Part shown: positions 46,574 through 55,559 of the stretch, piece by piece
Numbering within the stretch: position 1 is the stretch's first letter
Layout: every line of letters begins with the position of its first letter
From: Planctomycetota bacterium
GTDB taxonomy: Bacteria > Planctomycetota > Phycisphaerae > UBA1845
Assembly: GCA_016860685.1 (NCBI GenBank)
Contig: BOJX01000003.1
Location: 3,291-67,290 of the forward strand
DNA: 64,000 nt
Reading direction: 5' to 3'
The notes under the pieces: generated by a model
The model's database searches: none
Seen by the model: the letters and a program-made list of their open reading frames with translations, nothing else
Told to the model about the DNA's origin: nothing
Program-made: the position numbers and the translations under genes

Positions 46574-48013
46574 ATGAGCGGCTTGAACGGGCGAATTGGG
46601 CGGGTTCGTCGGAGTGATGACGGTCGGGTGCCGACGCGACGCGGAAGTCGCGCGCGGCCGGATGAGTTGCGCGGGGACTCTTTTGAGTCTCGCGTCATTC
46701 ACCTGGCTTCTCACTTCAGTTGGGTCGTAGACGATACGGACACGGAACGGGCGCTTGCAGAACTCCGTGCGCTCGGCAGTCGAGCAACTACAACGCTCTA
46801 CGGTCGTCTCAGGCATGGAACTCCGTCGGAACAGGAACATGCAGCTATGGCGCTGGGTTTCCTGAGGCCGAATCCCCGCAAGGCTGTGCCGGAACTGGAA
46901 TGCGCACTACGCAGCAAGAATTCCGATGTCGCTTCTGCCGCTGCAAATGCCCTGGGACGACTAGGCGCTATGGGCGCCGCATCCCTCGTCGAAGGGTTGC
47001 GGAGTGACGATCCTCTGCTTCGGCGCGTAGCCGCCCACGGCCTCACGCTGATCGCTGACGAAAATGACGACGTGGTGATTGCGCTCTGCGCGGCGCTTCG
47101 CGACCCAGACGAGAGCGTGCGACAATCCGCAATCCAATCGCTGGGATTCATGAGGGCACGTGCTGTCCAAGCACTCCCGGCGCTCCTGGCCGCGAAGAGC
47201 AGGGAAGGCGACAGTTGGCAGGGCTATTTCATCTCCTGCGCGTTGTCTTGGGTGGTCCCTTCAGCCGTGCCACATTTGATTGAGGCACTCAAAGACGGCG
47301 ATGCCGAGGTGCGCCGTAATGCTGCCCGCCATTTCGCGGACGCCGTCAGTTTCAGCAAGAAGAATATCGAGTTGCTCGCAAAGGCGGGCAGGCATGATCC
47401 CGTCGAAGGAGTTCGAGCGCAGGCGCTCATGGTGATGGAGCAGATAGGCATCGATGCGGCTGAGGCATTGGCAACGGTCATGGATGCGCTGGAGAAAGCT
47501 GAGCACAGTCCGAACCACGCGGAAGTTCGTACACGGAGCCTTCTGTCACAGGAGAAGATTCGTACCGAAGTGGCTCGCCTCCTGCGAGTACCTCGGTCAA
47601 CGCTTCAGCTTACGCCCGTCGTGTCCAGCAAAACTCGGAAGCCAAAGCGCTTGCCCGACGACTTCGGAAAGAGCGTGCTGGCATTGCTGAGAACGTGCCG
47701 GTACTGGGCTCACGACAGCGTGTCCGAACGCAAACTGCACGCTTCGGAGAATCTCAAGGATCAGCGCAGCCGTCTCGGCCTGGATGAGCAGGTAAGTCAA
47801 ACCTCGGTTCATAATCACATGATGTTTCTCGCGAAGCTCTGTGGGTTGGATAGCCTCGTAGAGGTGGACAAGAAGCGGCAGGTATCGCGCTTTCGGAAGG
47901 GTGCGAAGGAGAGGCTGGCGACAATCGAAAATAGTCTGGGGCAATACGTTCGGGACGAGGCCGATCTTGCGGCAAGGAAGATTCAGACACCACCATTCGA
48001 TCGAGCCACTTGA
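46574..48013 (+). CDS. HEAT/PBS-lyase repeat protein with C-terminal HTH-like segment
   Basis: AVPELECALRSKNSDV..AAANALG, ALRDPDESVRQSAIQSLG, LIEALKDGDAEVRRNAA, and C-terminal VSQTSVHNHMMFLAKLCGLDSL. Confidence 0.7.
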   Translation: MSGLNGRIGRVRRSDDGRVPTRRGSRARPDELRGDSFESRVIHLASHFSWVVDDTDTERALAELRALGSRATTTLYGRLRHGTPSEQEHAAMALGFLRPNPRKAVPELECALRSKNSDVASAAANALGRLGAMGAASLVEGLRSDDPLLRRVAAHGLTLIADENDDVVIALCAALRDPDESVRQSAIQSLGFMRARAVQALPALLAAKSREGDSWQGYFISCALSWVVPSAVPHLIEALKDGDAEVRRNAARHFADAVSFSKKNIELLAKAGRHDPVEGVRAQALMVMEQIGIDAAEALATVMDALEKAEHSPNHAEVRTRSLLSQEKIRTEVARLLRVPRSTLQLTPVVSSKTRKPKRLPDDFGKSVLALLRTCRYWAHDSVSERKLHASENLKDQRSRLGLDEQVSQTSVHNHMMFLAKLCGLDSLVEVDKKRQVSRFRKGAKERLATIENSLGQYVRDEADLAARKIQTPPFDRAT

Positions 48014-48066
48014 CACTGCGCATCGATGTGTGCTTTCGTGCAGGGTGAGTATCACGAAAGCAGTGG

Positions 48067-48435
48067 TTGTTCGTGCCCGAGCATTCCAATCCTCCCCCCA
48101 GCGTTGACTGGACGAAGGTGCCTTTTCCAAGCGACCGTTTGACGCTCGGGCATTTGCGGCAACGCGCGGCGAGTGATCCCGACGAGCTTGAAGTCCTCGC
48201 CTACAACTTGTTGAGCTTCGAGCTGGACGTGGCCGGAGCGGTACTGCTTCAATACCCGCCGGGCTCCAACACCGCGCGCGTCAGTGACGCGATCAAAGAA
48301 GAAAACTGCAAGCAACTGGCGGCGCTTTACGTCGAAATGGGCGTGGCCTCTGGTCCCCAGGAAGCGAAACTCCTCGTCGATGAACTGATCGCGGCAGTTC
48401 GGGCGCATGTACGCGCGCCCGGCGGCCGTGTGTGA
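48067..48435 (+). CDS. Hypothetical protein
   Basis: 122-aa ORF with plausible composition. Confidence 0.5.
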   Translation: MFVPEHSNPPPSVDWTKVPFPSDRLTLGHLRQRAASDPDELEVLAYNLLSFELDVAGAVLLQYPPGSNTARVSDAIKEENCKQLAALYVEMGVASGPQEAKLLVDELIAAVRAHVRAPGGRV

Positions 48436-48630
48436 CGGCGTCCCTTCCCATCAACCGCTGATGTGCTCACGTGCTCAACTGGAGTTGAGCGCGCTGACCC
48501 ACCAGTGGGTGGTCCATATCTTCTGACATGAATAGTCGCCGCGAGCGTTCGGCGAGCGACAGAAGCGGAAGCTCTACGAAGAACTCGAACTCAAGGACCT
48601 CCAGGACAAGGCGACCAAAGGAATAAGGCA

Positions 48631-48875
48631 ATGCCGGAGCGCATCGTTCAGGACATTCCGACAGAGAAGCCCATCTCTCGCGGCAACATGCGGACGCGGT
48701 TCGATGAGGAAGTGCAGGTGTCGCTCACGCAGAGCATCGCGCAGAACGGCATTCTCGTGCCGCTGCTTGGGCACCCCGAAGGCGACAGGATCGTCGTCGA
48801 TGACGGGCATCGCCGGCTCGACGCGGCGAAACGAGCAGGTCTCGCCACGGTGCCGATGGTTCAGGCGCAACACGC
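48631..48875 (+). pseudogene. Truncated duplicate of the ParB N-terminal domain
   Basis: MPERIVQDIPTEKPISRGN...DDGHRRLDAAKRAGLATVPM aligns with the next gene, then similarity stops. Confidence 0.8.
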
Positions 48876-48913
48876 TCAGGGGCTTACACGACAAGGCCAC
48901 CAAGGAGTAATCC

Positions 48914-49741
48914 ATGCCGAAGCGAGTATTTCAGGATGTTCCGACGGAAAAGCCTGTCTCTTGGGGAAACGTGCGGGAGCGATTCGTCGAGGAAGAGCAG
49001 GTCTCGCTCGCGCAGAGTATCGCCCAGAACGGCATCCTCGTCCCGCTGCTCGGGCATTCCGAAGGCGACCGGATCGTCGTCGATGACGGGCATCGCCGGC
49101 TTGACGCGGCGAAACGTGCGGCCCTGCCCACGGTGCCGATGATCGTCGCCGAACACGCTCCGACGGCGGCGGAGCGCGGGATGCTTCAACTTCTGGCCAA
49201 CACGCTACGCGTTGATTTGAAGATCATGGAAAAATCCCGCGCCCTTGCCGGGCTGATGAAGGAAACGAACTGGTCGGCGGCGGACGTGTCGCTCAAGCTC
49301 GGCGGGCCGTCTCCCGCATCGATCTCCAAGCTCCTGACGCTGCTCGTTCTGCCGCGCGAAGTGCAGGACTTCATCGACGCCGGGCGCATCCCCATGAGCA
49401 GCGCGTACATCATCGCAACGGTCGCGGACGCCGCGGAACGCGAGCGACTGATTCAGGAAGTCCTCAGTGGCCGGCTCACGCGCGATCGCCTGGTGGCACA
49501 GACGAAGGCGAACAAGTCGGCAGCGGGCGTCACTCGGCCGCGCAAGCCACGGCAGGCACGGCGCGAGCGCTTGGTCATTCCGCTCGGGCCGGGACGATCG
49601 GTCGCGCTGTCCGCTCCGACGCTGAGTGTCGAATGCGTCCTCGCCTGGCTCACGGACCTCGTTGATCGAATCAGGACCGCCGGCGCTAACGGCCGCGCGC
49701 TGGGCGATGTCGTCAAGGAACTTGCGGCAAATGCCAAGTAG
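48914..49741 (+). CDS. parB: ParB/RepB/Spo0J-family protein
   Basis: SIAQNGILVPLL...VDDGHRRL, QLLAN, HTH region. AAGGAG RBS. Confidence 0.85.
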   Translation: MPKRVFQDVPTEKPVSWGNVRERFVEEEQVSLAQSIAQNGILVPLLGHSEGDRIVVDDGHRRLDAAKRAALPTVPMIVAEHAPTAAERGMLQLLANTLRVDLKIMEKSRALAGLMKETNWSAADVSLKLGGPSPASISKLLTLLVLPREVQDFIDAGRIPMSSAYIIATVADAAERERLIQEVLSGRLTRDRLVAQTKANKSAAGVTRPRKPRQARRERLVIPLGPGRSVALSAPTLSVECVLAWLTDLVDRIRTAGANGRALGDVVKELAANAK

Positions 49742-49867
49742 GAGGCCGGGACAATGGAAATGCTCCTGATCGCGATGCTGCTCATGTGCGTGCTCGATTG
49801 TGAATCGGAAGGATCGCTCTACGACCGGGATCAGCGGTGACAGAAAGACGGTAACGGAGGCACTCGG

Positions 49868-51370
49868 ATGTTCGGATTGTTTCGGAACAAGCAGAAGCTC
49901 AAGACTGCGAAACACGCCGCGGCGTGGAACATGGACGCGGCGGTTCTGAAGCTGTCGAACAATGAGTTCATCTCCCTGCTCTGGGCGATGGCCGGGCTGT
50001 TCATCGCGGGCATGACGGGGAGTTCCAAGAGCACGTCGTCCGCCAAACAGGCGGCGCGGGCGCTGCTTCGGCTGGGCTGTGGCGGACTAATTCTCACAGT
50101 AAAAAACGAGCGGGCGATGTGGGAAAAACTGTGCAAAGAGGAAGGCCGGCTCGACGACCTAGTGATTTTCAATCCGCAGAACCCCTGGCGGTTTGATCCG
50201 ATTTTGCACGAGACCGAACGCAAGGGTCCCGGCGCGGGGATGACGGAAGTCATCGTCGAGCTTCTCATGACGCTGGTTGAGTTCACGTCGCGGGATCGGA
50301 ATCAGGGCAGCCGCGAGAACGAAGCGTACTGGCGGAATTCCTGCATGCGCCTGCTGAGGTCCGCTACCGATTTGTTGCTGCTGGCCGGTCGCCGCGTGAC
50401 GGTGCGTGACCTGTACCGCGTAGTGATCAGCGCGCCGCAATCGCTCGCCGATGTCGTCTCGGAGCAATGGCGCCGCTCGTCGTTCTGCTACGAGTGCCTC
50501 GCCGAAGCTGACAAGCGGCCGCGAACTGCCAGTCAGACAGCCGACTACGAGATCGTCGCTGACTTCTTCTTGGCCGAGTTTCCTGGAACAAGCGATAAGA
50601 CGCGCAGCATTACCGTGTCCCAATTCACGTCCACGTGTGACGTGCTGCTCCGCGGCACGCTGCGTGAAATGTTCGCCGGCGGGACGAACATCACGCCCGA
50701 AGCGACGGAAGAGGGACGGATCATCCTTGTCGATATGCCGCTCAAGACCTGGGGGGCTGTCGGTCTTTGCGCGAATCTCCTGTGGAAGACGGCGTTTCAG
50801 CGGTCGATTGAACGCCGTGACGTGCGCGTCAGCCCTCGTCCGGTGTTCCTGTTCGCCGACGAAGGGCACTACTACCTGCATCGTGACGACAGCCTTTTTC
50901 AGACGACCTGCCGCAGTTCGCGGTGTGCGTCGATCCTTGTGACCCAGAACATCGCAAACCTCGACGCCGCGTTGGGCACGGGTGACGCCGGACGCGCCGA
51001 AGCGGAGAGCCTGCTCGCCAACTTCGGCACGCTGATATTCCACTGCAACACCTGCCAGCGCACGAACGCGCTGGCATCTCAGCTCTGCGGCGAGCAGCGC
51101 GTGCTGATGGCGAGCGGCAACTCGACGTACGACGCCGACTCTCAATGGTCTGGCGTACTGGGCCTCGACTGGCTCGGTCACAGCGGGAGCACCTCGGCCG
51201 GATTCAGCGAGCAATACCGACCAATTCTAGAGGCGGCGGCGTTTACGCGCCTGAGAGCGGGCGGCAAGGTCAATGGATTCGAGGCCGACGTGATCGTGGT
51301 CAAGAGCGGCGATTTGTTTCGGAGCACGGGCACAACGTGGCTGCCCGTGACTTTCCGACAGGACTTTTAG
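49868..51370 (+). CDS. VirD4/TraD-like type IV coupling ATPase
   Basis: Walker A-like GMTGSSKS, Walker B FLFADEGH, RSSR..SILVTQNI, SLLANFGT.IFH, F..LRAGG. Confidence 0.8.
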   Translation: MFGLFRNKQKLKTAKHAAAWNMDAAVLKLSNNEFISLLWAMAGLFIAGMTGSSKSTSSAKQAARALLRLGCGGLILTVKNERAMWEKLCKEEGRLDDLVIFNPQNPWRFDPILHETERKGPGAGMTEVIVELLMTLVEFTSRDRNQGSRENEAYWRNSCMRLLRSATDLLLLAGRRVTVRDLYRVVISAPQSLADVVSEQWRRSSFCYECLAEADKRPRTASQTADYEIVADFFLAEFPGTSDKTRSITVSQFTSTCDVLLRGTLREMFAGGTNITPEATEEGRIILVDMPLKTWGAVGLCANLLWKTAFQRSIERRDVRVSPRPVFLFADEGHYYLHRDDSLFQTTCRSSRCASILVTQNIANLDAALGTGDAGRAEAESLLANFGTLIFHCNTCQRTNALASQLCGEQRVLMASGNSTYDADSQWSGVLGLDWLGHSGSTSAGFSEQYRPILEAAAFTRLRAGGKVNGFEADVIVVKSGDLFRSTGTTWLPVTFRQDF

Positions 51371-51456
51371 TGCCACGGACACCCTGGATGCGGATGAGAC
51401 GGCGTGGACCGTCGGCGCGATCGGTGCGCGCACCGATCGGCGGAAAGGAAAGACGA

Positions 51457-52044
51457 ATGAATCAACCACAACCTGCCAATCACAGCGACGGACTCAGGAA
51501 CGCGGTCGGGCTTCTCGTGATGGTCTGTCGCGCCTTCGCGATATCGGTGGAGGTCTTCCTGCACCGGACATCGACGTTCGGCGAGCGATACCTCGGCGTC
51601 CAGGTCTTGATGGCGATGGCGCTGATCTTCTTCTGGCCGGCGTTCTGCTCGCCGCATCACGACCCTGAGCCGCTTTATGTGTTCCTCGCCCTGTTCGCAT
51701 GCATGTGCGGGTGCATCCGCGCGCAGAACGCCCTGCGGCGCAAGCGCGGTGGTCCGCAGCCGCACACTTTTTACACCGGCACGCCCATCGTGATGCGTTT
51801 CACTGGCCGCATGAGCGAAGCCTCGGTCAAGTGCATTGAGCCGGTGATCGTGTTCCTTGCCGGTGCGGTGGTGTGTGAGTTCACCCCGCCGCTAGGCGGG
51901 TTCCTGATGATTTCTGCGCTGGGCCTCCTCGTCTCGACGCAGCTCACGGTCGGCTACGAACGCCGGCGCGCACTCGACATGAATGACGCCGCTATTGACA
52001 CACAACAAACTGTCTCGCGGTTTCGCGCAATGCGCCGCGATTAG
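51457..52044 (+). CDS. Multi-pass membrane protein of the transfer operon
   Basis: 195 aa, AAAGGAAAG RBS, four or five hydrophobic segments. Confidence 0.75.
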   Translation: MNQPQPANHSDGLRNAVGLLVMVCRAFAISVEVFLHRTSTFGERYLGVQVLMAMALIFFWPAFCSPHHDPEPLYVFLALFACMCGCIRAQNALRRKRGGPQPHTFYTGTPIVMRFTGRMSEASVKCIEPVIVFLAGAVVCEFTPPLGGFLMISALGLLVSTQLTVGYERRRALDMNDAAIDTQQTVSRFRAMRRD

Positions 52045-52067
52045 TCCGCGATCAAAGGAGAACAGGC

Positions 52068-52355
52068 ATGGCACGAAGTGAATCAAGTCCAAAAATCGGC
52101 GCCGGATCATTCGGTGCGTGGATTCGCACCGGGTGGCGGGAAATCAGGGCAGCCCTGTACCCGGATTCAAACGTGGCTCAGCAACCCGACGCGGGGGTAT
52201 GGGGCAATAAGACGCCCGGAGAAGTGATGTTGGAACGCCAAGGCGAGGCGCGCGATCCGGACGAGCGCCCGTCGATCCTCGGCGAGCGATTGCAACAGGC
52301 AGAGAAGGCCCGCGACGGTCGCGAGCCGGAGTCCCCTCAACTCGAAAAGGAGTAA
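52068..52355 (+). CDS. Hypothetical protein
   Basis: 95 aa, AAAGGAG RBS. Confidence 0.75.
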   Translation: MARSESSPKIGAGSFGAWIRTGWREIRAALYPDSNVAQQPDAGVWGNKTPGEVMLERQGEARDPDERPSILGERLQQAEKARDGREPESPQLEKE

Positions 52356-52358
52356 CAC

Positions 52359-52496
52359 ATGTTCGTCTTCTTCAGCATGATGGTCTGGGCCATGTTCCTC
52401 GGCTGGATCATCCCCAAGGCATACCGCTTCGCGGTCAACAACCCCGATGCCGTCAAGGGCGGCATCGCGAGCCTCCGCCGGATGTTCGGCCGGTAG
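52359..52496 (+). CDS. Small membrane peptide A (45 aa)
   Basis: AAGGAG RBS. MFVFFSMMVWAMFLGWIIPKAYRFAVNNPDAVKGGIASLRRMFGR. Confidence 0.75.
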   Translation: MFVFFSMMVWAMFLGWIIPKAYRFAVNNPDAVKGGIASLRRMFGR

Positions 52497-52575
52497 GCGG
52501 CAATGACCATCGCACTCGCGGGCGGGGCGCTCACGCGCCCTGCCCGCATTCCCCGGCTCACTGAAAGGAGAAGTC

Positions 52576-52740
52576 ATGGATCCAAATGCTCCGCTCATCA
52601 TTGTCGGCTGGCTCTTCGGCATCGTCTTCTGGGTCGCCGTGTTCAAGTACATCCTGATTCCCGCGTATCGCTGGGGATCGCAAAACCCTGAGTCCGTCAA
52701 ACGCGGGATTCTCATCGCGCGAAAGCTGCTGCGCAAGTGA
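52576..52740 (+). CDS. Small membrane peptide B (54 aa)
   Basis: AAAGGAG RBS. MDPNAPLIIVGWLFGIVFWVAVFKYILIPAYRWGSQNPESVKRGILIARKLLRK. Confidence 0.78.
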   Translation: MDPNAPLIIVGWLFGIVFWVAVFKYILIPAYRWGSQNPESVKRGILIARKLLRK

Positions 52741-52819
52741 GTCGGTATCGAAGCGACAGCCTGGTCACGTCGCCAGTCGCGGCCGGACCACCTGTGTCAC
52801 TGCCAATGGAGGTGTTCTC

Positions 52820-52975
52820 ATGGCTCTGTTCAATCTCATCATCAACGTCGTCGGCTGGTACCTGATCCTGCGGTATGTGGCTCCGCGCGTCGTCCGGTTC
52901 CTCGCCGGAAACCCGGAAGTCGCCAAGGGCGGAGCCTCACTGCTCAAGCGGCTGTTCAAGTGGCTCATGGCGTGA
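52820..52975 (+). CDS. Small membrane peptide C (51 aa)
   Basis: GGAGG RBS. MALFNLIINVVGWYLILRYVAPRVVRFLAGNPEVAKGGASLLKRLFKWLMA. Confidence 0.78.
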   Translation: MALFNLIINVVGWYLILRYVAPRVVRFLAGNPEVAKGGASLLKRLFKWLMA

Positions 52976-53033
52976 CGCAGAGCGGGCGCGGCGTCTAGCC
53001 GCGCCATGTCCGCAATCGAAAGGAGCGATAGCC

Positions 53034-53753
53034 ATGTGGGTCGTCAGTCTCATCAGCATCGCGATCATCGGGTGGTACGTGTCGAAGCGACTCAGGTGCT
53101 CAGGCACGCGCTGCGAAATCGCTTGGAGCCATTTTGACTGTATCGCGTACCCTGCGGCGCTTGTCTGCGATGTCCTTGACGAGTGCTTCGGTACGGCGGA
53201 TCGCACCTACCTGGAGGATGGCAGCACCATCAACGTGTACCTCCGTGGTGATCCGAAGGCAATGCGGGTGTCGGACCCGCACAAAGTACGGTTTTGCGAC
53301 ATTCCGTCGTGCTTCAGCGTCACAGTTGTCCCAAGCGAACTCGGGACGCTAGTCAGCCTTCGGATCGGCCTTCACCCGAAGGTGAGAATAAGCCCTTCGG
53401 CGGCGAAATTCTTCGAGCCTACAGCGCAAGACGTGTTTGTCGTGGCAGTTGAGCGGATGAAGCGGGCGGCGGCGCAGCGACGATACGAGCGCAAGGCTCA
53501 GAAGCAGAACATGCCCGGTGCTGTTGCCTCAGGCGATGGCCCAGACTACGTGACACTGGGCGTCAAGCCGGGGGCGACCCTGGAGCAGGTGAAGGCTGCG
53601 TACCGCGATGCCTGCCGCAAGTACCACCCCGACCGGCTCAGCGGCCAGAACGTGGAGCCGCAGTTGGTTGAACTGGCAGTGCAGCGCTTCAAGGAAGTCT
53701 CCGCTGCCTACCGCCGGCTAAAGGACCACCTCGCGCAGCCGCAGCACACCTGA
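53034..53753 (+). CDS. Membrane-anchored protein with C-terminal J-domain (DjlA-like layout)
   Basis: N-terminal TM segment and YVTLGVKPGAT...VKAAYR...KYHPD...FKEVSAAY. AAAGGAG RBS. Confidence 0.85.
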   Translation: MWVVSLISIAIIGWYVSKRLRCSGTRCEIAWSHFDCIAYPAALVCDVLDECFGTADRTYLEDGSTINVYLRGDPKAMRVSDPHKVRFCDIPSCFSVTVVPSELGTLVSLRIGLHPKVRISPSAAKFFEPTAQDVFVVAVERMKRAAAQRRYERKAQKQNMPGAVASGDGPDYVTLGVKPGATLEQVKAAYRDACRKYHPDRLSGQNVEPQLVELAVQRFKEVSAAYRRLKDHLAQPQHT

Positions 53754-53786
53754 ACCGCCCGCACGCGAAACGGAGAACCGCGAGCG

Positions 53787-54002
53787 ATGCCGCAGGAACG
53801 GCTCCAGGTCGAAACGACGGACGAGCGCGAAGGCGCGTGCGCCGCCGTTCCGCCCGGCACGCCGGAGTGGATCACGCCCGAACTGGTCCGCTTGACGCAG
53901 AAAGTGTGGAATCCTCGCTACAAAACGTCGCTGACCCGCGACGAGGCGATTACAATTATCCAGAACGCTGGACGGTTGTTCGACCTCTTGACGCGGGAGT
54001 GA
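53787..54002 (+). CDS. Small hypothetical protein upstream of the integrase
   Basis: 71 aa, PPGTPEWITPELV..T.KVW.PRY. GGAG RBS. Confidence 0.7.
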   Translation: MPQERLQVETTDEREGACAAVPPGTPEWITPELVRLTQKVWNPRYKTSLTRDEAITIIQNAGRLFDLLTRE

Positions 54003-54008
54003 TTCGGC

Positions 54009-55502
54009 ATGAAGCGATTCGTCGCACTGGCACGGGTCAGCAGTCGGGAACAGGAGCGGGAGGGCTTCTCGCTCGCGGTCCAGGAGGACGCTCTCAGGCG
54101 ATACGCGGTCACTGCCGGCGGCGAGATTGTCCGCTTCTTCCGCATCGCGGAGACCGCAAGCAAGAGCGATGAGCGGAAGACCTACCGCGAGCTGATCGCC
54201 TACGCGAAAAAGAACGCGGAGGAACTCGACGCGCTGTTGTTCTACAAGGTCGATCGTGCGGCCCGCAATCTCTTCGACTACGTGGAACTCGAACGGCTGG
54301 AAAGCGAGTACGGCCTCGCGTTCGTCTCCGTGTCTCAGCCGACCGAGAACAACCCCGCCGGCCGGATGATGAGGCGCACGCTCGCCAATATGGCGAGTTT
54401 TTACACCGAGCAACAGTCAGTCGATGTCCGCGAGGGCCTGGCCCGTCGCGTCCAGGAAGGCTGGTTCGTGGGCAAGGCGCCCTACGGCTACCGCAACGTC
54501 CGCAAGGATGGCCGCTGCGTCACCGAAGTCGATGCGGACGCGGCGGAGAATGTCCGGAGAATCTTTCACCTCTACGCCTACGAACCGCTGACGCTCGATT
54601 CCCTGCGTGACCGGCTGCACGACGAAGGCATGACGTATCGGCCGGATGCTCCACGGTTCACGCGGAGCAAGCTGCACGCGATGCTCACCGACCGGGCCTA
54701 CATCGGAGAGATTCCGTTCAAGGGACAGTGGTACCCCGGCAAGCAGAAGCCCATGATCGACCGTGAGACCTGGGACCGGGTTCAAGCCCTCCTGGGCGGG
54801 CACGTCCGTCACGCTCACCAGATGACCTTTGCCGGCGAGTTCATGACCTGCGGTCATTGCGGCCGCGCCGTCACCGGTGAACAGGTGATGAAGCGCTTCA
54901 AGACGACCGGCGAACGCCGGTATGTCTACTACCGGTGCAGCGGGTACACCGCGGCCGGGCATCCGCGGGTGCGGATACCAGAACCCGAACTGGATCGGCA
55001 GGTGCTTGAACTCTTCGGCCGGATGCGGGTCGAGGACCCGGAGGTACGCGACTGGTTCCGCATGGTGCTGGCGTCACAGACGCGGGACGCTCAGACGGAC
55101 GCCCGCGCCCAGCGGGAGGAACTCCAGCGGCAGGCGTCGCTCCTGGTCGGCCAGCAGGACCGGCTGCTCAACCTGCGGCTGGGAGAGGAAGTCGATCAGG
55201 ACACCTTCGCACGGAAGCACACGGAGCTACGGGACCGCCTGGCGTCGATCAAGCTGCAACTGGACGTTCTGGACCGCTCGCACGACGAAACGGCCGAACT
55301 CGCGGCGAAGGTGTTTGAACTCTCGCAAACCCTGCAAAATCAGTGGGTTTCTGCTGATTACACCACCAAGCGGCGAATCCTCGAAATCGTCTGTTTGAAC
55401 TGCCGCCTCGATGGCGTAAGTCTCGTCCCCACAATGAGAAAGCCCTTCGACGTGCTCGCCGAAGGGCTTGATCTCTCGAAAAGTCGGGGCGACAGGATTT
55501 GA
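54009..55502 (+). CDS. Large serine recombinase (integrase)
   Basis: ARVSSREQ catalytic Ser, YKVDRAARN, APYGY, recombinase domain, zinc ribbon CGHC...YYRC, coiled coil. Confidence 0.93.
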   Translation: MKRFVALARVSSREQEREGFSLAVQEDALRRYAVTAGGEIVRFFRIAETASKSDERKTYRELIAYAKKNAEELDALLFYKVDRAARNLFDYVELERLESEYGLAFVSVSQPTENNPAGRMMRRTLANMASFYTEQQSVDVREGLARRVQEGWFVGKAPYGYRNVRKDGRCVTEVDADAAENVRRIFHLYAYEPLTLDSLRDRLHDEGMTYRPDAPRFTRSKLHAMLTDRAYIGEIPFKGQWYPGKQKPMIDRETWDRVQALLGGHVRHAHQMTFAGEFMTCGHCGRAVTGEQVMKRFKTTGERRYVYYRCSGYTAAGHPRVRIPEPELDRQVLELFGRMRVEDPEVRDWFRMVLASQTRDAQTDARAQREELQRQASLLVGQQDRLLNLRLGEEVDQDTFARKHTELRDRLASIKLQLDVLDRSHDETAELAAKVFELSQTLQNQWVSADYTTKRRILEIVCLNCRLDGVSLVPTMRKPFDVLAEGLDLSKSRGDRI

Positions 55503-55559
55503 ACCTGCGACCTCTGGACCCCCAGTCCAGCACTCTAAACCAGGCTGAGCTACGCCCCG
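55484..55559 (-). tRNA. tRNA-Pro (GGG), CCA not encoded
   Basis: CGGGGCGTAGCTCAGCCTGGTTTAGAGTGCTGGACTGGGGGTCCAGAGGTCGCAGGTTCAAATCCTGTCGCCCCGA folds as a cloverleaf. Confidence 0.96.

Larger units (their letters stand above)
1..55502. mobile_element. Integrative mobilisable element / genomic island integrated at tRNA-Pro 3' end (left boundary not seen, probably outside window)
   Basis: Large serine recombinase ending inside the tRNA-Pro, plus MOBF relaxase, VirD4-like coupling protein, RepL-like protein, ParA, ParB, resolvase, ArdC and defence cargo. Host-like genes resume after 55560. Confidence 0.85.
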
